A stretch of DNA of 64,000 nt from contig CM069132.1 of NCBI GenBank assembly GCA_035221665.1, positions 131,440,001 through 131,504,000 on the forward strand, given 5' to 3'. The DNA is from Okamejei kenojei. Taxonomy: Eukaryota. Under the pieces are notes generated by a model. The model searched no databases, had not been told where the DNA came from, and worked only from the letters and a program-made list of their open reading frames with translations. Below are positions 34,912 through 47,504 of the stretch, piece after piece. Both the position numbers and the translations under genes were made by a program. Within the stretch, counting starts at the first letter, position 1. Each line of letters opens with the position of its first letter.

Positions 34912-37900
34912 GTGCCGGGAAGATATGGGGGGGGGGGGGGGGGGGTGGTCGCGGGCGCGTCAGGGGCGGGGTGGAGGGTCGCGGGGGGGGTGGTGGGGGG
35001 TCCTGGGGGGAGGGCGGGTGGGGGGGGGGGGGGGGGGGGAGGCGGGCCGTGGGGGGTGGGGGCGGGGTGGGGGGGGGGGGGTGGGGGAGCGGGGGGGGGG
35101 GGGCGGGGGGGGCGGGGGGCGCGTAGGGGGGGGGTGTAGGTGGGGGAGGGGGGGGGGGGGGGGGGGGGGGGGGTTCGGGGGGGATGGGGGTGGGGGGGGG
35201 GGGGGCAGGGGTGGGGGTGGGGGGTGGGTGGGGGCGGGGGGTGGGTGGTGGGGGGGTGGGAAGGGTGTCCGGGGTGGGGGGGGGGGCGGGGGTGGGGGTG
35301 GGGGGGGGGGTGGGGGTGGGCGTGGGGGCGAGGGGCGGGTAGGGGGCGGTAGGGGGCGGGGGTGGGGGGGCTAGCGGCGCGGGGGGGGGGGGGGGGGGGT
35401 AGGGGGGGGGGGGCAGGGGAGGGGGGGGGGGGGGGGGGTGGGGGGCTCAGGGGGGGGGAGGGCGGTGGGTGTGGAGGGGTCGGGTGGGGGCGGGACGCGG
35501 GAGGTGGGTGGGTGGGGGGGGGGGTGGGGGCGTGCTGGGGGGGTGGGGGGGGGGGTGGGGGGAGGGGGGGGAGGGTTGGGGTGGGGGGGGGGGGTGGGTG
35601 GTGGGGGGTGCGGCGTGGTTTGGGGGGAGGTGGCGGGGGGGGGGGGGGGGGTGGTGGTGCGGGGGCGGGGGGCGGGGGGGGGCGGTGAGGGGGGGGGGGA
35701 GCCTGTGGCCGGGGGGCGGCGGGGGAGGGGGGGCAGGAGGGGGGTTGGCCGGGGGGGGCGTAGCGGGGGGGCGGGGTGGGGGGGCGCGTGGGTGAGGGAG
35801 GGGGGGCTGGGGGGGGGGGGGGGGGTAGTGGGGGGGGGGGGGGGGAGGGGCCTGGGGCATGGGGGGGCGGGGGGCGGGGGGGGTCTGCTCGGGGGGTTGG
35901 GGGGGTGGGGGGGGGTGGGGGGTGGGTGGTGGGGTGGGGGGGGGGGGCGGGGGCGGGGGGGGGGGGGAGGGGGGTGATGAGCGATGCGGGGGGAGGAGTT
36001 CAGGGGGAGCGGGGGTGGGGTGGGGGGGGGGGGGGGGGGTGGTTGGGGTGGGGGGGGGGCGGCGGGGAGCGGGGGGTGTGCGCGGGGCGTGGGTGCGGGG
36101 GGGGGGGGGGTGGGGGGGGTGGGACGCGGGGAGGCGGCGGGGGGGGGGGGTGGGGTGGGGGTGGGTGGGGGGGGGGGGAGGGAGGGGGGGAGGGCGGGGC
36201 GGTGGGGGGTGGGGGGGGGGGGGGCGGCGTGGGGGGGGGCCTGGGGGGGTGGGGGGGTGGGGGGGGGCGGGTGGGGGGGGGGGGGGGGGGGGGGGGGGTG
36301 TGGAGTGGGGGGGGTAGGGCTTCACGCTGGGGGGGTGGGGGGGGTCGGGGGGGTGCGGGGGGAGGGTGGGGGGGGGGAGGGCGGGGGGGGGGGCGGGGGG
36401 TGTTGGGGGGGGGGGGGGCGGGCGGGGTGGGTGGGGGGGGGGGTGGGGTGGGGGGGGGGGAGGGGGGGGGGGGCGGGGAGGGGGGCGGGGGGGGGGGCGG
36501 GGGGGGGGGTGGGGAGGGGGTGGTGGGGGGGGGGGCGCGGGGTGGGGGGGGGGAGTGAGCTGGCCGGTGGGGTAATGGGTGGAGGGGGGGGGGGGGTGGG
36601 CGGGGGCAGGGGGGCGGGGGGGAGGTAAGGGTGGTCCGGGGGCTGGGGGGGGGGGGTGGGGGGGTGGGGGGGGGGGTGGGGGGGGGGGGGGGGGGTGCGC
36701 GGGGGGGGGCGGGGTGGGGGGGTGGTGGGGGGTGGGTGGGGGGGGCGGGTGGGCGGTGGGGCGGGGGGGGGGGGGGGGGTGGGGAGGGGCGGGGGCGGGG
36801 GGGGGGGGGTGAGGGCGGGGGGGTGGGGGGTGTGTGGGGGGTGGGGGGGGCGAGTTCGGGGCGATGGGCGAGGGGGCGGGGGGACGGGGGGGGCGGGGGG
36901 GGTTCGGGGGGGGGGGGGGGGTGTGGGCATGTGGGGGGTGGGGGGGGGGTGGGGGCGGGGGGGGGAGGGGGGGGCGCGGGCGGTGGGGGGGGCCGGGGGG
37001 GGGAGGCGGGGGGGGTGACGAATTGGGGGGGGTGGGGGGGGCGGGGTCTGATAGCGGGGGGGGGGGTGGTGGGGGGGGGGGCGGGGGGGTGGGGGGGGGG
37101 AGGGGTGGGGGGGTGGGGGGGGGGGCGGGGGGCGGGGGGTGGGGAAAGTGGAGGGGGTAGGGGGGGGGGGGGGGTAAGGATGGGGCGGGTGGGGGGGGGG
37201 GCGCGTCCGCGCCTGTGGCCGGTGGGGGGTGGGGGGGGAGGGGAAGGGGCGGTGGGTGGGGGGCAGTGCTGGGGGGGGCGGGGGGCGGTGCGTTGGGGGG
37301 TGAGGCGGGGTGGGGGGTGTGGGGGGGGGTGGGGGGGGAGGTAGGTGGGGGGGGGGGGGGCGTGGGGCGGGGGGGGGGGTGGGGGCGCCGCAGGGTAACG
37401 GGGGGGAGGGGAGGGGGGGTTGGGAGGTGGGGGGGGGGGTTGGGTGGCCGGGGGGGGGCCGGGGGGGGGGTGGGGGGGGGGGGGGGGGGGGCAGCGGAGG
37501 GTTGGGCGGGGGGGTCGGGGGGGGGGGTGGGTGGTGGGGGGGGGGTGGGTGGGGGGGGGGGGGGTGGAGGTGGAGGGGTGGGGGTGGGGGGGACGGGGGG
37601 AGGTGGGGGGGGGGGGGGGTGGAGGGGGGGGGTTGGGTGTTGGTGAGGGGGGGGGGGGGGGTGGGGAGCGTGGGCGGGTGGGGGGGGGGGGGGGGGTGGG
37701 GGGGGGGAGGGGGGGGGGTGGGAGGGGGGCGTGGCTGGGGGGGGTTTGGGGGGGGGGGGGGTGCGCGGAGCGGGGTGGTGTGGGGAGGGGGCGGTGGTGG
37801 GCCAGCCGGGGGTGGGTGGGGGGGGGGGGTGGGGGTGGGTGGGGGGAGGGGTTGGGTTGGGGGGGGGGGGCGGGAGGGGGGGGTGGGGGGGGGGGGGGGG

Positions 37901-38194
37901 AGGGGGGGGGGGGGATGGTGTGGGGGGGTGGGGGGGGGGGGGGGGGGGGCCGGCGGGGTGGGGGGAGGGGGGCGAGTGGGCACGGGGGTGGGGTGGGGGG
38001 GGTGGGGGGGGGGGGGGAGGTGGGGGGTAGGGGGGGTGCGGGTTTTGGGGGGTGGTGGGCGGAGGCGGGGGGGGGGGGGGGGGGGGGGGGGGTGGTGGGG
38101 GGGTGGGGCGGGGGGGGTGGGCGGGGGGGGGGGGGGGGGGGTCGGGGGGGGGGGATGGGGAGGGGAAGCAGGGAGGGGGGGGTGGGGGGTGGGT

Positions 38195-38229
<35 letters not shown>

Positions 38230-39027
38230 CGGGTGGGGGGGGGGGGTGGGGAGGGTCGGCACCTCACACACGGGGGGGGGGGAGCGGGGTGGGGGGGAGG
38301 GTGGGATGGGGGTGGGGGGGGGTGGGGGGGCGGTGGGGGGGGGGCGGGTGGGGGTGAGGGTGGGGGGGGGGAGGGGGGGGGGGGGGGGTGGGGGGGGGGG
38401 GATGGAGGGGGGGGGGAGGGGGGTGGGGCGGGAGGGGAGTGCGGGGGGGGGGGAGGGGCGGGGGGGGGGGTGGGGGGGGGGGGGCGGCGGCGGCGTGAGG
38501 TGTGGGGGGGGCGGGGGGGGGGGGGGGGGGGGAGAGTGGCGGGGGGGGAGGGGTACCGGGGGGGTGGGGTGGGTGGGGGGGGGGGAGGGGTTGGGGGTGG
38601 GTGGTGTGCGGGGAGGGTGAGGGTTGGGGTGTGGGGGGCGGGGGTCGGGGTGGTTGGGGGGGGGGGGTGGGGCGTGCGGGGGGGGGGGGGGGGTGGGGGG
38701 TTGAGAGGGGGGGGGGGGGGTCGGGAGGGGTGGGGGGGGGGGGGGGTGGGTGGGGAGGGGGGGGGTGGGTGGGGGGGGGGGGGGGGGGGAGGGGGGGGGG
38801 GGGGGGGGGGGGGGAGGGGGGGGGGGGGTGGGTGGGAGGGGGGTTGGGGGGGAGGGTGGCGTAGCGGGGTGGGGAGGGGGGTGGGGGGGGTGGGGGTGGG
38901 TGGGGGGGTGGGGGGGTGGGGGGGTGGGGTGCCGGAAGAATGGGGGGGGGGGGGGGGGGGGCGGGGGGGCGGGGGGGGGGTGGGGTGCCGGGAAGATATG
39001 GGGGGGGGGGGGGGGGGGGGGGGTGGT
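34912..39027 (+). repeat. 4.1-kb G-rich low-complexity tract, probably a degraded or mis-called minisatellite
   Basis: Mostly G. GTGCCGGGAAGATATG(G)n is exact at 34912 and 38985 and degenerate at 38929. Confidence 0.9.
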
Positions 39028-39370
39028 AATGTTAGTTGAATTTGCAGAACCTGAAATTGCAGAATTCAATATTTATACTGTTATGCTGTAAATGACCTAA
39101 GCAGAATGAGGTGTTGTTACTCCAGTTTGCATGTGGCCTTACCTTGCCATTGGGAGGCGGCCCAGTATAGAAACCTGTATAGGAAGGCGAGTTAAAATGG
39201 TTAGCAGCCGGAGTTCCAGCAAGCCTTGGCAGACCGAGCACAAGCATTCAGTGAGAAGGTCTCCGAGTTCACGCTATGTCTCGACGCAAAGGAGACCGTG
39301 TCAGGGTCAGCAAATGCTGTAGAAGATCGAGTCATCATCCATGAATCTCCGTCTCAACTGGAAGGATGTT
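39028..39370 (-). mobile_element. Old Penelope GIY-YIG C-terminal remnant; its 3' UTR continues at ~34820-34910
   Basis: ORF 39032-39247(-) PAANHFNSPS...LGHLQHNSINIEFCNF aligns by eye with PVAQHFNSPS...LGSLHPLGLNIEFSQF of the PLE at 13830-14005. Confidence 0.75.
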
Positions 39371-39554
39371 CTGCTGGCATCATAGACTCTGAGCAGAATA
39401 GCCTCCTAGCTCACGGTTAGGAAGCCAAACTGCACATATTATATTTAACCGTCAACATCACAACCTTTATCTTAAACTGTAACCCCATCACACACCCCCA
39501 GTCTTGCATGGTGCTCTTGTAAAGCAAAGTACACATTCCACGAGTTTTAATTCA

Positions 39555-40015
39555 GAGAACGTAGAACAGTACAGCACAGAGACAGGCCCTTCAGCCCACA
39601 GAGTCTGTGCCGAACCTGGTGCCAAGATAAACTAGCCTCATCTACCCACGTGATCCATATCCCTCCATTCTCTGCATATCCATGTACCCATTCAAAAGCC
39701 TTTTAAATGCATTCAGGTATCTTCCTCCACCACCACCCCTGGCAGCAAATTCTAGGCAGCCACCACCACCACCGTGTAAAAAAACTTGCCCACACATCTC
39801 CTTTAAACTTTGCCTCTTTCACCTGAAGGCCATGCCTGCTGGTCTATGACATTTCCACCCTTGGAAAAAGGGTCTGACTGTCTACTCCCCTCTATGCCTC
39901 TCAGAATATTATATACTTCCATCAAGTCTCCCCTCAACTTTCAACGTTCCAGAGAAAACAATCCCAGTTTCCCCAACCTCTCCATGCAGCCAATACCACC
40001 TAATCCAGGCAGCAT
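39555..40015 (-). mobile_element. Old CR1 3' fragment
   Basis: GAACAGTACAGCACAG..CAGGCCCTTCAGCCC..CCATATCCCTCCATT antisense signature. Confidence 0.75.
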
Positions 40016-40524
40016 TTCATTCCAAAGAGGGAAGACAATATTTCAAAAGGGGTTTTACCCCAACACTATAATGACAATTGACTCAATTGTTACACTGAAG
40101 ACAAGCAAGCCAGCAAGTGTGACATCTCCCTTGTTTGTGTCTCACTACTGACTGAGCAGGCAGCAAGCCTGCACCAACAAGAACTACTGCACTTGGATTT
40201 AAAGGCAGGGATATTTGACCATAATAGTGCATTTAAATTAATTCAATGCCACATAAAACATTATATCTGGCAATGATAATAATTTAGTTCAATGCTTTCA
40301 TTGAAGATGAAAATGCCACATTGTCACCACCCACCTCTTTTGTTCCCCAATTCACTGGGAATGACCAAATTTCTGAAACATTTTTCTGTTGGCAAATATA
40401 GACTTTGCAAGGCGGTGGACTCTGCTGAAACATCATATCTTGAGAAAATGAAGTCAGTTTCTACTCCGAACAAGTACAGGGCAGTAGAAAGCCCCAGCCA
40501 TGCAATAAACTAGGAGGCTGACAG

Positions 40525-40803
40525 CTTAGTTTAGTGATACAGCACGGAAACAGGCACTTCAACCCACAGAGTCCATGCCGACCAGCAGTCCATGTACACT
40601 ATCACTATCCTACACACTAGGAACGATTTACAATCTTTACTGAAGCCAATTAATCTTTGGAATGCGAAAGGCAACCGGATCACCCGGGGAAATCCCACAC
40701 GGTCATGGGGCAAATGTACAAACTCCATACAGACATCACACGCATTCAGGATCGAACCCGGGTCCCTAGCACTGTAAGGCTGCAACTCAACCACTGCGCT
40801 GTC
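40525..40803 (-). mobile_element. tRNA-derived SINE
   Basis: GGATCGAACCCGGGTC (antisense B-box) and GTTTA tail. Confidence 0.85.
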
Positions 40804-41164
40804 GCACACCCGACAAGCCCTAAACCTGCAGCCAAAGCAGTCGGCCAAGGGGTTAAAGCTGGCTGCTGTTACATTTTATGTAGAGGGTTCACACCAAAAT
40901 AAAATTAGTAGCGAGGAAGGGGGCAATGGGCACGATAGCCACAATGAATCCATAACTGAAGGAAAAAAATCCAGCAACAGTTAAAATAACCAATTCCACC
41001 ATCAGATCATTCTTCGAGTATAGTTTATTATTGCACCAAGATACAGCGAAAAGCTTTGTTTTTGCGTGCTATCCAGTTAAATCATACCACGAACTAGCAC
41101 AATCATACACAAATACAAGAGTGGAACCTGATACTTTCCCTTTTCCAAAACCTTACTCCTTAAA

Positions 41165-41280
41165 AGTAAAAGGAAAAAGATTTATTTAGCACCTATCACA
41201 ACCTTAGGACGTCCCAAGGGGTTTCACAGGCAATGGACTATTGTTCAAGTGTAATCGCTGTAGGAACGTAGGAAAGTGCA
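41165..41280 (-). mobile_element. DeuSINE-like 3' remnant
   Basis: GACGTCCCAAGGGGTTTCACAG..TTCAAGTGTAATCGCTGTAGGAACGTAGGAAA, similar to 7480-7550. Confidence 0.45.
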
Positions 41281-42124
41281 TGAAAGTCTGCTCGTTGTAC
41301 GATTGGTACATGAGTATGCAAAAGCAGTGTTATTATTCATTATGTTAACAAAGTCCACATGTGCCCAGGTGGTAGCGGACGTGAATGATGACCTCTCAAT
41401 GCACTCGGCCAGCAACAGTTTTTGAACTTCAATTGAGTTAAGTTTTTGACAGAAAGATGAAACACTGGTGCACCACAGCACCCCTTCCCGGGGAGGAGCC
41501 ACATGGGGTTCATTTTGATCTTAATACAAGAGAAGGCCATCTCAATATTGCAAAGCTCAGCTCCGATCAACTCTGGTAGCAAGTCGAACAGTCTGCTCAA
41601 GAACCCATGGATTAAATAGTCAGTCAGATAAAATGGATCGGATCAAGCACATAACCTGCATCACCAGCAGATTTGTGCCCCGAGCTTTGGCTCCCCATTC
41701 TCCACTGTGAAAGGATAAAATTGTTTGATTTAATCAGCAACAATTGGACAGACCCAATACCGCATTTAACCTCAAAAAGTTTATTCCAAATGTTAAATGA
41801 CTTCTTTCTCCACTGCAAAGGTATCCAGGTTCACACCGTTAATTAAGGCCAACACAAATCACTCATTTTTGGTTGGTTAGCAACAGAACCCAAGCCCAAC
41901 AAAAACAAGTCGAGATAGAATGCACAATTATAGCAACAGGTAAACAAAACATTTGGAAAACAACGCATACTTTTGTTATGCCCTGAACAATCAACTACTG
42001 ATCAATCACTGGACATGAAAAACTCTTTGAAGTTATAGAACCAAATTAAAACTAAGCAATACAAACACATGGCTCTGGTTTGGTCTCTTACTGGGCTTGC
42101 AAAACCCAATCAAGATCTATTATA

Positions 42125-42342
42125 AGGACACAAAGTGCTTGAGTATTTCAGTGGGTCGGGCAGCAACTCTGGAGATTGCGGATAGATTACTTTTCAGGTT
42201 GGGGCCCTACTTCAGACTCAGACTGTCTGAAGAAGGGTGTCGACCCGAAATGTCACCTATCCATGTTCACTAGAGATGCTGCCCGACTCACTGAATTGCT
42301 GCAGCACTTTGTACAAACCAGCATTAACAGTTCCTTGTTTCT
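42125..42342. repeat. Palindromic PLE-terminus derivative with head-to-head cores
   Basis: CTTCAGAC..GTCTGAAG centre with ACAAAGTGCT / AGCACTTTGT arms. Confidence 0.8.
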
Positions 42343-43204
42343 AAAAGATTGATTTACATAGTCCAATTTAAGCCAGCACATTCAACCCAATGTCAATCAC
42401 AATAACAGTAAACGGACATTAAAGAACTGCCATGATATTGCCTGTACCTAGATTAACAACCCAGATTTCACCCTTCCTCTAAAAAATTGTTTTACACATA
42501 TGAAGATTCCCTGACATTTCTTCCAATGTATCACGGTAAGACCCGAAATGGCACCCATTCCTTCGCTCCATAGATGCGGCCTCACCCACTGAGTTTCTCC
42601 AGCTTTTTGTCTACCTTCATGGTAAGGAATGATCGCTTAACAGGCATTGAACACAAAAACTTTCATTTGTTGCCCTGTAACAATTTCACTTGGACTTAGC
42701 TGATACATGTTCACCACAGAAACACAAGGCATTGAAACAATACAGTCATGTGCTACTACGGAGACTTCAGCACAAAGCCCAGGAAAAGGCAGGGCTGTAC
42801 AGAAGATGTATTGCAGATGTAATGTTAAATATGGGTCTAATCTGCTCTCTCAACTGGACAAAAGTTCCCTGTAGAAACAAGGAACTGCAGATTGCCCATA
42901 AACTACTTCAAAAAAAATAATTAGGGAAACTAAATCTGTCTGGCCAAAATTCAACCTACAAAAATCTCTCATTGAGGGATCTTGTCATCACAGACCCATA
43001 CTGCATGTACATGAGTCCCTTGGTCCAACTCGTCCAAGCCAACAAAGATGCCCCATCTAATCTAGTCCCATTAACTCACGTTTAGCCCATACTACTCTAA
43101 ATCTTTCCTACCCATGTACATGTCCAACTATCTTTTAAAATGTTATAATAGAGCCCACGACCTTGCAGATTAAATTATGTAGATGACACCAGTTACTACA
43201 AATT

Positions 43205-43565
43205 ATGTGTATAAAATCACAAGAGGAATAGATCAGTAGACAATCAGTCTCTTGCCCAGATTTGGGGAAGTTGAGAACCATGGGTTTAATGTGAAGGGGG
43301 AAAGATTTAATAGGAACCTGAGGGGTAACCTTTCACACAAAGAGTGGTGGTGTATGGAACGAGCTGCTGGAGGAGATAGTTGAGGCAGGTACTATCGCAA
43401 CGATTGAGAACCATTTGGACAGGTACATGGATTGGACAGGTTTAGAGGGATATGGGCCAAATACAGGCAGGTGGAACTAGTGCAGATGGGACATGTTGCC
43501 CCCTGTTAGCAAGTTCAGCCGAAGGGACAGTTTCCACGCTGTAAGTCCCTATGAATCTATGAATT
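43205..43565 (+). mobile_element. CR1 3' fragment
   Basis: GGAACCTGAGGGGTAAC..TGGAACGAGCTG..GAGGGATATGGGCCAAA; CTATGAAT tail. Confidence 0.8.
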
Positions 43566-44084
43566 TATAACTATATTCTCTTGGCTGCCAGGGGCATTGA
43601 GAAAACATTAAAACCACTCCACTGAAGCGGACTTTTTGCTCAAGGGGGAAGAGAGAGCATGCGTGAGGGAAGGGGAGGAGTGAAACCATCCCACTGTATG
43701 CCATCAACGGCTGGTTCATTATTAGAGAACTGCTTGGAAGAGGTCAACAACCTAATCTCAAGACACCTTCTGGGGCTGCAAGTCTTCTTGAAAAAGTGTC
43801 AAACATGCAATAAGACATCCAGAAGAAACCTTTTTCATGAACATAACAAGCCGTGAAGAATTTGGCAGCGCTTTAAATGATTTTGTCCATCCATTAACAG
43901 TTGAAGGAGAGATTATTTATGCACATGTTTATTCAAACCTGCTGAATACCTTGGGAGATCTCGGGAGATACAAGAAACTGCAGATCGTGAGCTAAAAATA
44001 AAGTGCTAGAGGAGTTCAGTGGAACAAGCAGCGTCTGTGGAGGGAACAAACACGATGTTTCGGGTGAGGATCCTTTTCCAGACT

Positions 44085-44121
<37 letters not shown>

Positions 44122-44291
44122 GGCAAAGAGGGCAAAACTATATTTAAATCACCTTTTTTCCACCTGTATCCACCTTTCGCACATCAAGTTTCCACCATCA
44201 CCACCTCTTTTCCAACTTCCCTACTCAAATCTGAGGAAGAGTCTTGACCTGCAAATGTGTCTGTCCATCCCCATCCAGAGATGCTACACAC

Positions 44292-44838
44292 CATATAACC
44301 ATATAACAATTACAGCACGGAAACAGGCCGTCTCGGCCCTTCCAGTCCATGCCGACCATTTGTTTTCCCCTAGTCCCATCTACCTGCACTCAGACCATAC
44401 CCCTCCATTCCCTTCACGTCCATATACCTATCCACTTTACTCTTAAATGTTAAAATCGATCCTGCCTCCACCACTTCTGCTGGAAGCTCATTCCACACAG
44501 CCACCACCCTCTGAGTAAAGAAGTTCCCCCTCACGTTACCCCGAAACTTCTGTCCCTTAATTCTCATGTCATGCCCTCTTGTTTGAATCTTCCCTACCCT
44601 CAATGGGAAAAACGTATCCACGTCAACTCTGTCTATCCCTTTCATCATTTTAAAGACCTCAATCAAGTCCCCCCTTAACCTTCTGCGCGCCAAAGAATAA
44701 AGACCTAACTTGTTCAACCTTTCTCTGTAACATAGTTGCTGGAACCCTGGCAACATTCTAGTAAATCTCCTCTGTACGCTCTCATTTTTGTTGACATCGT
44801 TCCTATAATTAGGCGACCAAAATTGTACACCATACTCC
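44292..44838 (-). mobile_element. CR1 subfamily A 3' fragment
   Basis: ORF 44370-44981(-) EYGVQFWSPNYR...GYGLSAGRWD, near-identical to ~700-1240. Confidence 0.95.
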
Positions 44839-45047
44839 CTGCTAAATTTCCTCAAGCATTTTGCTTTTTGCACAGTTATTCCATTACTGTACTTTAAACA
44901 TTTTTGCATTACGACAGATTGTGGTGCAATCTTGTTATTCTGCACTATTCTATTTTTATTGCTGTTTTTATATCTGTGCATACCATTTACATTTCAAGAC
45001 AACAAGGAATTTTATTGCACTCTGACCTTATAAACTAATCCAAATCC

Positions 45048-46511
45048 GAGTCAAAAAGAGTCAAAAGAGTTTATTGTCATGTGTCCATGACAGGACGATG
45101 AAATTCTTTCTTTGCATAGCACAACAGAACATAGTAGGCATTGACTACAATTATATACGTAGATACACACATTAATTAATAAATTAATAAAGTGCAAATA
45201 ACAGATGGAGGGGTATTAATGTTCAGAGTTTTGCCCGAGCCATGTTTAATAGCCTGATGACTGTGGGGAAGTAGCTATTCCAGAACCGGGTTGTTGCAGT
45301 CCTCAGGCTCCTGTACCTTCTACCCGAAGGTAGCAGGGAGATGAGTGTGTGGCCAGGGTGGTCTGGGTCCTTGATGATGCTGCCAGCCTTTTTGAGGCTG
45401 TGACTGTGGTAGATCCCCTTGATGGAAGGAAGGTCAGAGCCGATGATGGACTGGGCAGTGTTTACTACTTTTTGTAGTCTTTTCCTCTCCAGGGCACTCA
45501 AGTTGCCGAACCAAGCCACGATGCAACCGGTCAGCAAGCTCTCTACCGTACACCTGTAGAGGTTAGAGAGAGCCTCCTCGACAGACCGACTCTCCGTAAT
45601 CTTCTCAGGAAGTAGAGGCGCTGATGAGCTTTCTTAATAATTGCATCTGTGTTCTCGGACCAGGAAAGATCTTCACAGATGTGCACGCCCAGGAATTTGA
45701 AGCTCTTGACGCTTTCAACCATCGACCTGTTGATATAAACAGGACTGTGGGTCCCCATCCTACTCCTTCCAAAGTCCACAATCAGTTCCTTAGTTTTGCT
45801 CGTGTTGAGGGCCAGGTTATTGTGCTGGCACCATATGGACTGTCGCTCGATCTCTTCTGTACTCCGACTCATCCCCATCAGTAATACGTCCCACAACAGT
45901 GGTGTCGTCAGCGAACTTGATGATGGAGTTCGCACTATGACTGGCTACGCAGTCATGAGTATAGAGTGAGTACAGCAGGGGGCTGAGCACACAGCCTTGA
46001 GATGCTCCCGTGCTGATTGTTATCGAGTCTGACACATTTCCACCAATACGAACAGACTGTGGTCTGTGAATGAGGAATTCGAGGATCCAATTGCAGAGGG
46101 ATGCGCAGAGACCCAGTTCTGCGAGTTTGGTAACCAGCTTGGAGGGGATGATTGTGTTAAATGCCGAGCTGTAGTCAATGAATAACAGCCTGACATATGA
46201 GTTTTTGTTGTCCAAGTGGTCCAGAGCGGAGTGGAGGGCCAGCGAGTTTGCGTCCACCGTTGATCTGTTGTGGCGGTAAGCGAACTGCAGTGGGTCCAGG
46301 TTTTTGTCGAGGTAGGAGTTGATATGCGCCATGATCAACCTCTCGAAGCACTTCATCACCACAGGCGTTAGTGCCACAGGTCTATAGTCATTGAGGCACG
46401 TCACCTTGCTCTTCTTGGGCACCAGATTATTGATGCCCTTTTGAGGCAGGTGGGAACCTCAGACCTCAGAAGTGACAGGTTGAAAATGTCTGTAAAAACT
46501 CCAGCCAGTTA
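45048..46511 (-). mobile_element. Rex1/Babar-clade LINE, 5'-truncated, frameshifted
   Basis: [76 protein letters not shown]; (TTTTGACTC)n tail. Confidence 0.93.
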
Positions 46512-47504
46512 TTCCACAGGTGTTCACAGGTATTCCACCAACCAATACATCAGTTCAGGTATGTGAGAGCATTGGACCAAGCTGACCAAGACTTCCATAA
46601 ACATAGTTAACAGCTACTATTGCCAATGTCCATCACCCCCCCAATAACCCTCAAAATGGAACTACAGGTGGGAACGGATGGAATATTGGGATCAACACGT
46701 TCTTTCACATTCCATCACTTCAGAGGAATTTTAGTGTAACTGAATTAATTTTCACAGATTCCTACATTATCCATGGGCTTTGCCTAAACTCCTTGCAGGA
46801 GGAACAGTTAATCCCAGTTGTAGCCAAGCCGATTTCAGTTATGTACATCCAGGCCAAAAAGTTATTTTAATTAATCCTCTTTAAAACCAACATTTGAGTT
46901 TAAAAATAAATTCTAAATATTGGTTTAGTTTAGGTCCGTGCATGCAAGCAGCAGCAGTTCTAAACAATTAAACTAATCCTCGTGTATTTTCTAATGCCAG
47001 TGCACTTAATGTGACCCCCCCTCCTGGCAATGCCATCTGCTCCCCCTTCCCCCACACCAAAGCAGCTCTTAAAACCTGCCACTAATTGCTCCAAATCTGT
47101 TATCCCAACATGCCTTCAGTGGAGTTTATTGGAGGTCATTCACAGAATTCACTCACACTGCTTTTAGACAAAGTAGGTACACAGCTACCAGCCAGAGTTG
47201 CATAATTTACCAATTAGGGCCAATTTTGGAATAAACCTGCAAGGAATTTTTGTCGTACTTTAAATCATGCCAGTTGAAGGAATTTGACCTTGGTTGGTGA
47301 CAAATGAAAGCGATAACAATACAAATAAGCAGGAGAAACAAAAGCAAAACAATCATTTCTAGCGGAAAAGGTTGAATTGGAATTTCATTTTATTCTCCCC
47401 ACCACGATAGAAGAGCACAATAAAAGGCAAAATATAAATGCCATTTCACATGAGACCATTTGCAGAACAACACATTTTCCCTGCACTGCATGGCCTTCAT
47501 GTCT

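Noticed and set aside
34807-39091. Long Gly-rich (+) and Pro-rich (-) ORFs up to 915 aa, resembling extensin, formin or glycine-rich proteins
   Set aside because: By-products of a near-homopolymeric G tract that lacks stop codons in all frames; no codon structure or splice context; probably low-quality sequence.
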